Assembly: GCA_041571435.1 (NCBI GenBank)
Contig: JBFFUI010000001.1
Span: forward strand, 32,001-96,000
DNA from: Sulfurimonadaceae bacterium
GTDB lineage: Bacteria > Campylobacterota > Campylobacteria > Campylobacterales > Sulfurimonadaceae
Reading direction: 5' to 3'
DNA length: 64,000 bases
Shown here: piece after piece, positions 58,970-64,000 of the stretch
Numbering within the stretch: position 1 is the stretch's first letter
Layout: each line of letters opens with the position of its first letter
Position numbers and translations under genes: made by a program
The notes under the pieces: generated by a model
What the model saw: only the letters and a program-made list of their open reading frames with translations
What the model was told of the DNA's origin: nothing
The model's database searches: none

Positions 58970-59230
58970 TTAGATAGCGTTAACAGCTTGCTGAAGGCGG
59001 CTTACTTTACGAGCAGCAGTCTCTTTTTTCAAGATACCTTTGCTTACAAATTTATGGATCTGCTGGTTAGCGATCTTAAATGCTGCAGTTGCCTCTTCTT
59101 TGTTGCCTGCTTCGATTGCAGCGCGAACTGCTTTAACAATGTTTTTTAAACGTGTGCGATAGAATCTGTTACGCTCAGTACGTTTTTCAGTCTGGCGGAT
59201 TCTTTTCAATGCTGACTTATGGTTTGCCAT
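58970..59230 (-). CDS. rpsT: 30S ribosomal protein S20
   Basis: [13 protein letters not shown]...[16 protein letters not shown]. True start is ATG 59230, not the longer ORF-track start. Confidence 0.97.
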   Translation of the reverse strand: MANHKSALKRIRQTEKRTERNRFYRTRLKNIVKAVRAAIEAGNKEEATAAFKIANQQIHKFVSKGILKKETAARKVSRLQQAVNAI

Positions 59231-59330
59231 GTGCATTATCCTTATCATATAAAATTTGAGATAGAATGCTACCTTAAATATAATTAAAATCAAGTTAAGC
59301 AATATAGAGAATTTTAAACGGAGTGTATAA

Positions 59331-60671
59331 ATGAAATTATTTGGAACAGATGGCGTCCGTGGTGAAGCCGGAACTTTTCTGACAGCCTCACTTGCGATGA
59401 AGGTTGCCATGGCTGCGGGGATATACTTCAAAGATGGTGCCAAGACCAACCGTATCCTGATCGGAAAAGACACCCGACGAAGCGGATACATGATCGAAAA
59501 CGCCATTGTCAGCGGTTTGACGGCGGTCGGTTTCGATGTGATCGAGATCGGTCCGATGCCGACACCTGCAATCGCGTTTTTAACGGAAAACATGCGTTGT
59601 GATGCCGGAATCATGATCTCTGCAAGCCACAACTCTTTCGAAGACAACGGCATTAAGTTCTTTGACGGGCACGGCAACAAGTTTTCCGAAGATGTCGAAG
59701 CAGAGATTGAAAAGATCGCACATGATGAGGCGAAGCTTAATGCGGCTGCGGTCACGGGCAAAAATGTAGGCAAGGCGAAACGTATCGACGATGTCATCGG
59801 ACGCTATATCGTTCAGCTCAAGAACTCTTTCAGCAAAGAGTGTTCGCTTCAAGGAATGCGAATCGTTCTGGACACGGCCAACGGGGCAGGCTATAAAGTC
59901 GGTCCTACCGTCTTGGAAGAGCTGGGTGCCGAAGTGATCGTCCTTCACGATAAGCCAGACGGCTTCAATATCAACGAGGATTGCGGGGCGCTGCATCCCA
60001 AGGATGTTCAAAAAGCGGTCGTCGAGTACCGTGCAGACATCGGCTTTGCACTTGATGGCGATGCCGACCGCATTGTTGTCGTCGACGAAAAAGGCGAGGT
60101 GGTCGACGGTGACCAGCTGCTGGGTGCTTTGGGGTTATACCTGAAAGAGAGCGGACAGCTCAAAGGCAACGGCATCGTCGCCACGGTTATGAGCAACCAG
60201 GGGCTCGAAGACTTTATGCAAGAGAACGGGATGAAACTTTACCGTGCCAATGTCGGTGATAAATATGTTTTAGAGATCATGAATGCCCAGGGCATTAACT
60301 TCGGCGGTGAGCAGAGCGGGCATGTCATCATGCACGATTATGCCAAGACAGGAGACGGTCTTGTCTCGGCACTTCAGACACTGGCACTCGTTCTGAACAG
60401 CAAGAAAAAAGCGTCGGAAGTGTTGCGCCCGTTCAGTCTCTACCCGCAAAAGCTGGTCAACCTCAACGTCAATGAGAAAAAACCGCTTGATAGTATTGCC
60501 GGTCTGGATGAAAAATTTGCGGCCATCGACAAAGCCAACATCCGCCACCTCGTGCGTTATTCTGGAACGGAGAACAAGCTGCGTGTCCTGCTTGAAGGTA
60601 AAGATGCCGATGAAATGGAAAAAGCGATGGAGACACTGGTAAACTTTTTCAAGAAAGCGCTCAATGGCTAA
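59331..60671 (+). CDS. glmM: Phosphoglucosamine mutase
   Basis: [43 protein letters not shown]. Confidence 0.96.
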   Translation: MKLFGTDGVRGEAGTFLTASLAMKVAMAAGIYFKDGAKTNRILIGKDTRRSGYMIENAIVSGLTAVGFDVIEIGPMPTPAIAFLTENMRCDAGIMISASHNSFEDNGIKFFDGHGNKFSEDVEAEIEKIAHDEAKLNAAAVTGKNVGKAKRIDDVIGRYIVQLKNSFSKECSLQGMRIVLDTANGAGYKVGPTVLEELGAEVIVLHDKPDGFNINEDCGALHPKDVQKAVVEYRADIGFALDGDADRIVVVDEKGEVVDGDQLLGALGLYLKESGQLKGNGIVATVMSNQGLEDFMQENGMKLYRANVGDKYVLEIMNAQGINFGGEQSGHVIMHDYAKTGDGLVSALQTLALVLNSKKKASEVLRPFSLYPQKLVNLNVNEKKPLDSIAGLDEKFAAIDKANIRHLVRYSGTENKLRVLLEGKDADEMEKAMETLVNFFKKALNG

Positions 60672-61167
60672 GTCACTTCTTGTCATTATCCTCTCACTGA
60701 TCGGTATCTTTATTGTCGATCAGGGGATCAAAGAGTTTTTTATGCTCAAAGCTATGGAGATCTACTCTCTCCCTCAAGACGCGCTCTATGGCAAGGCCTT
60801 TGATATCTATGAGACAAGCTGTATCAACATGCGTCTTGTCTTCAACTACGGGGTCGCCTTCTCAATGCTCTCCTTTTTGGATGAGTACCTCAAGTGGCTT
60901 CAGCTTATCTTGATCATCGGTGTTTTAGCCTATGTCATCAATCTGAAAAAGTTCTGTTATATGTTGCCTTCCGGAATCCTGATCGGTGCGGGACTTTCCA
61001 ATGTCTATGACCGTTTTGTCCATGGCGGTGTGGTCGACTACATCTTCTGGCACTGCGGATTTGACTTTGCGATCTTCAATTTTGCCGATGTCATGATCGA
61101 TCTTGCCGTCGCATGGCTGCTCTTTTTAAACTTCAAACCGAAGTTTTGCCAGGAAAAACAGGGATAA
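60664..61167 (+). CDS. lspA: Lipoprotein signal peptidase
   Basis: DQGIK, NYGVAFS, SNVYDR, GVVDY, FNFAD. Confidence 0.95.
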   Translation: MAKSLLVIILSLIGIFIVDQGIKEFFMLKAMEIYSLPQDALYGKAFDIYETSCINMRLVFNYGVAFSMLSFLDEYLKWLQLILIIGVLAYVINLKKFCYMLPSGILIGAGLSNVYDRFVHGGVVDYIFWHCGFDFAIFNFADVMIDLAVAWLLFLNFKPKFCQEKQG

Positions 61168-61247
61168 TTCAACCAAGATAGGAATTTTTTCGGGTTTATA
61201 AAATCAATTTAAGTAATCCTGGTGTAAAATTCCCGTCTCTTTTCAAT

Positions 61248-61323
61248 GGTCCGTTAGCTCAGTTGGTAGAGCGCTACCTCGACAAGGTAGATGTCACAAG
61301 TTCAAGTCTTGTACGGACCACCA
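61248..61323 (+). tRNA. tRNA-Val (GAC)
   Basis: ggtccgt/acggacc acceptor, ctacc/ggtag anticodon stem with loop tcGACaa, gttcaagt T-loop, ACCA end. Confidence 0.93.
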
Positions 61324-61440
61324 TCTTCAAAACCCCAAAACAGTAATATTTCAACACTTTTTTCAAACATACAACGCAGTACATCCCTTTGACATTTACA
61401 TTACTATTTCAAGCCAACCGTTTTTAAAAGAGCGGAACCC

Positions 61441-63075
61441 TTAGGCGATCGCAGTGAGGACAATCTCTTTGGCTTCGTCCTGTATCTGTTTGAGATGCTC
61501 GGCCGAGATGAAACTCTCCGCATAGATCTTGTAGATATCTTCTGTTCCGGAGGGGCGTGCAGCGAACCAGCCGTTGTCGGTCGTCACCTTCAGACCGCCT
61601 ATCTTTGCACCGTTGCCGCTTGCTTCGATATATTTCCCGACAATGGTCTCGCCTGCAAGTGTTGTCGAGCTGACATTTTCGGCAGAGAGGTTCTTTAGTT
61701 TTGCTTTCTGCTCCGGTGTTGCAGCGGCATCGATACGGGCGTAGTAGGATTGCCCGAACTCGTTTTCGAACCCTTGGTAGATCTCGCCCGGGTCTTTTTT
61801 GGTCACGGCTTTGATCTCGGCGGCAAGCAGGTTGAGGATGATGCCGTCTTTGTCCGTCGACCAGACGCTCCCGTTCTGACGAAGAAATGAGGCACCCGCA
61901 CTCTCTTCGCCGCCGAAACCGAGACTGCCGTCATATAGACCCTCTACAAACCATTTAAACCCTACCGGCACCTCATATACCTCTTTACCTAGCGAATGGA
62001 CCACACGGTCTATCATAGAGCTCGAGACAAGGGTCTTTCCGATACGAAGGTCGTCACGCCACTGCTTACGGTGACTGAAGAGGTACCAGATGGCAACCGA
62101 GAGGTAGTGGTTGGGGTTCATCAGTCCGGCACTCGGTGTCACGATACCGTGACGGTCAAAGTCCGGATCGTTGGCAAAGGCGATATCGTACTTCTCTTTC
62201 AGGGAGATCAGTGAGGCCATGGCATAGGGTGAAGAGCAATCCATGCGGATCTTGCCGTCATGGTCGCAGCTCATAAAACCGAAGGTCGGGTCGACATGCT
62301 CATTGACGATCTCCATGTCGAGACCGTAGACCTCTTTGATCTTTTGGTAGACCGCGATGCCTGAGCCGCCCATCGGATCAACACCGATGCGCAGGTTTGA
62401 AGCCTTGATGGCCTCAATGTCCACGATGCTCTCCAGCGCACGGACATACGGGGTGATAAAATCGAACTCTTCGATCAGGTCGCTCGCCATCGCCTCATCC
62501 AATGACACCTTCTTGACCTCATCAAGGCCGTTGGCCAGGATCTCATTGGCACGCTTTTCAATGACAGAGGTGACATCCGTGTCTGCAGGGCCGCCGTTGG
62601 GCGGGTTGTATTTAAAGCCACCATCGCTCGGAGGGTTATGCGAAGGGGTGATGACAACGCCGTCGCTCATGACCGATGTGCCTTTATTGGCTTCAAGGAT
62701 GGTAAACGAGATCAGCGGTGTCGGGGTGTATTCGTCATCTTCGGCGATCTTGCAGCTGACCCCATTGGCAACACAGACCTGGATCGTACTCAGCTGCGCC
62801 GGTGTAGAGAGGGCATGGGTGTCTTTACCGATAAAGAGCGTTCCGGTGATGCCTGCCGACTTTCGGTACTCGCACACGGCCTGGGTAATGGCGAAGATGT
62901 GCGCTTCATTAAAACTCTTCTTGGCCGCACTCCCCCGGTGCCCAGAGGTACCAAAAGCGACCTTCTGCGTGCTGATGCCGGCATCCGGCTGTTGCATGTA
63001 GTACGAAGCGATAAGCTTGGGAATGTCTTCCAAGATGCTTTTAGGGGCTTTCCGCCCAGAGTGTGCATGCGCCAT
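61441..63075 (-). CDS. pgm: Phosphoglucomutase (alpha-D-glucose-1,6-bisphosphate-dependent)
   Basis: [34 protein letters not shown]. Confidence 0.95.
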   Translation of the reverse strand: MAHAHSGRKAPKSILEDIPKLIASYYMQQPDAGISTQKVAFGTSGHRGSAAKKSFNEAHIFAITQAVCEYRKSAGITGTLFIGKDTHALSTPAQLSTIQVCVANGVSCKIAEDDEYTPTPLISFTILEANKGTSVMSDGVVITPSHNPPSDGGFKYNPPNGGPADTDVTSVIEKRANEILANGLDEVKKVSLDEAMASDLIEEFDFITPYVRALESIVDIEAIKASNLRIGVDPMGGSGIAVYQKIKEVYGLDMEIVNEHVDPTFGFMSCDHDGKIRMDCSSPYAMASLISLKEKYDIAFANDPDFDRHGIVTPSAGLMNPNHYLSVAIWYLFSHRKQWRDDLRIGKTLVSSSMIDRVVHSLGKEVYEVPVGFKWFVEGLYDGSLGFGGEESAGASFLRQNGSVWSTDKDGIILNLLAAEIKAVTKKDPGEIYQGFENEFGQSYYARIDAAATPEQKAKLKNLSAENVSSTTLAGETIVGKYIEASGNGAKIGGLKVTTDNGWFAARPSGTEDIYKIYAESFISAEHLKQIQDEAKEIVLTAIA

Positions 63076-63207
63076 TTTTATCCTTTTCAGTGTGTATATT
63101 GGGATATGCTTTTGATATCATAATCAAAAGTACATTTCAATCGACACAAATATCCTCCTTTATGCAGATGCATAAAAGATTGACGTGTCATATACGGTGA
63201 ACTCCGT

Positions 63208-63831
63208 TTATTTCAAGACTGACAGTGCCTCTTTCGCCAGTGCGGTGATCTGTCCAAAATCCTGACGAACAATGGCCTCTTTCGGAACGATCCAGCTGCC
63301 GCCGACACAGAGAACATTCTTCAGGGCCAAATAGTCCTTCATATTGTCCAGGCTGATACCGCCTGTCGGGCAGAAACGCATCTCGCTGAAAGGGCCACTG
63401 AAGGCCTTGAGCGTTGCAAGGCCGCCGACGGCAGTTGCCGGAAAGAGTTTTGCCTGCATCAAGCCGCTGTTTTGTGCAAGCATCACTTCGGAGGCGGTCG
63501 CCACCCCGGGGATAAAGGCGATTTTCTGGGCTTTGGCGCTCTCTATGAGCGCTTCGCTGATACCGGGGCTGAAGAGAAAAGCGGAACCGTGCTCGACCGC
63601 TTTTTTCAGATCGGCAGGGTTACAGACGGTTCCGGCACCGACATACATCTCGGGCATCGTTTTGGCAATAGCTTCTATCGCCTTCAGACCAGCCGGTGTA
63701 CGCAAAGTGACCTCCATGATCTTGATGCCTCCTTCCAGAAGCGCTTCCGCCAGGGGCAGGGCATCTTTTTCTTCATCGATGGCGATGACCGGGACGATAG
63801 GCGATATTTTCATGACATCCAAAGCATTCAT
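63208..63831 (-). CDS. eda: KDPG/KHG aldolase
   Basis: EVTLRT, VGAGTV, SPG, KLFPA, FCPTGGI, VGGSW. Confidence 0.95.
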   Translation of the reverse strand: MNALDVMKISPIVPVIAIDEEKDALPLAEALLEGGIKIMEVTLRTPAGLKAIEAIAKTMPEMYVGAGTVCNPADLKKAVEHGSAFLFSPGISEALIESAKAQKIAFIPGVATASEVMLAQNSGLMQAKLFPATAVGGLATLKAFSGPFSEMRFCPTGGISLDNMKDYLALKNVLCVGGSWIVPKEAIVRQDFGQITALAKEALSVLK

Positions 63832-64000
63832 GCGCGCTCCTTGCCGGGTAGATCGAAAATGGCCGCACCCTCTTCCGCAGGGCCGACATTTTGCCGAATT
63901 GTCACAAAAAGTTCACGGCCGAAACCGTGCCGGTTGCCGCTGAAATCGACAGGGCTGACACTGCGTCCTGCCAGCGTTGCTTCATCGACCAGAAGCGTTA
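63828..64000 (-). CDS. edd: Phosphogluconate dehydratase, 3' end (enters from the window edge)
   Basis: Manual translation ...TLLVDEATLAGR...HGFGRELFVTIRQNVGPAEEGAAIF...* matches the Edd C-terminus; TGA overlaps the eda ATG. Confidence 0.85.
   Translation of the reverse strand, partial: TLLVDEATLAGRSVSPVDFSGNRHGFGRELFVTIRQNVGPAEEGAAIFDLPGKERA

Noticed and set aside
58970-59797. 275-aa ORF-track protein ending in S20
   Set aside because: The N-terminal extension is antisense to glmM; real rpsT starts at ATG 59230 after an AAGGA RBS.

Overview
Chromosomal window of a Campylobacterota bacterium, probably Sulfurimonas/Sulfuricurvum-like; this is inferred from gene content, PglB, extended -10 promoters and AAGGA ribosome-binding sites. 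The left third is housekeeping (partial gltX, accBC, dcd, ilvD) plus a PglB protein N-glycosylation locus with a non-Campylobacter gene set. After a tRNA Gly-Leu-Cys-Ser cluster there is a heavily rearranged accessory region (~21.7-33.3 kb). It holds two decaying integron gene cassettes (one intact and one truncated attC, no integrase in the window), the relic of a deleted nitrogen-fixation cluster (in-frame NifE chimera with a damaged sigma-54 promoter), and a mosaic of short duplicated gene fragments, including a perfect 31-bp direct repeat, around inserted redox genes. The most striking system is a co-oriented run sodB -> [cytochrome b5 + DUF2231-like membrane domain + 2-oxoacid oxidoreductase alpha, one 841-aa protein] -> beta subunit -> three small proteins (two Cys/His paralogues) -> ald. 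It suggests a membrane-tethered, heme-linked 2-oxoacid oxidoreductase. The right part carries tandem PlsC-like acyltransferases, a 12-gene type II secretion cluster, rplT/rpmI/infC/thrS, a Tat-signal sulfide:quinone oxidoreductase, prfA/rpsT/glmM/lspA, tRNA-Val(GAC), and pgm-eda-edd (Entner-Doudoroff). All calls come from reading motifs by eye; no searches were run.
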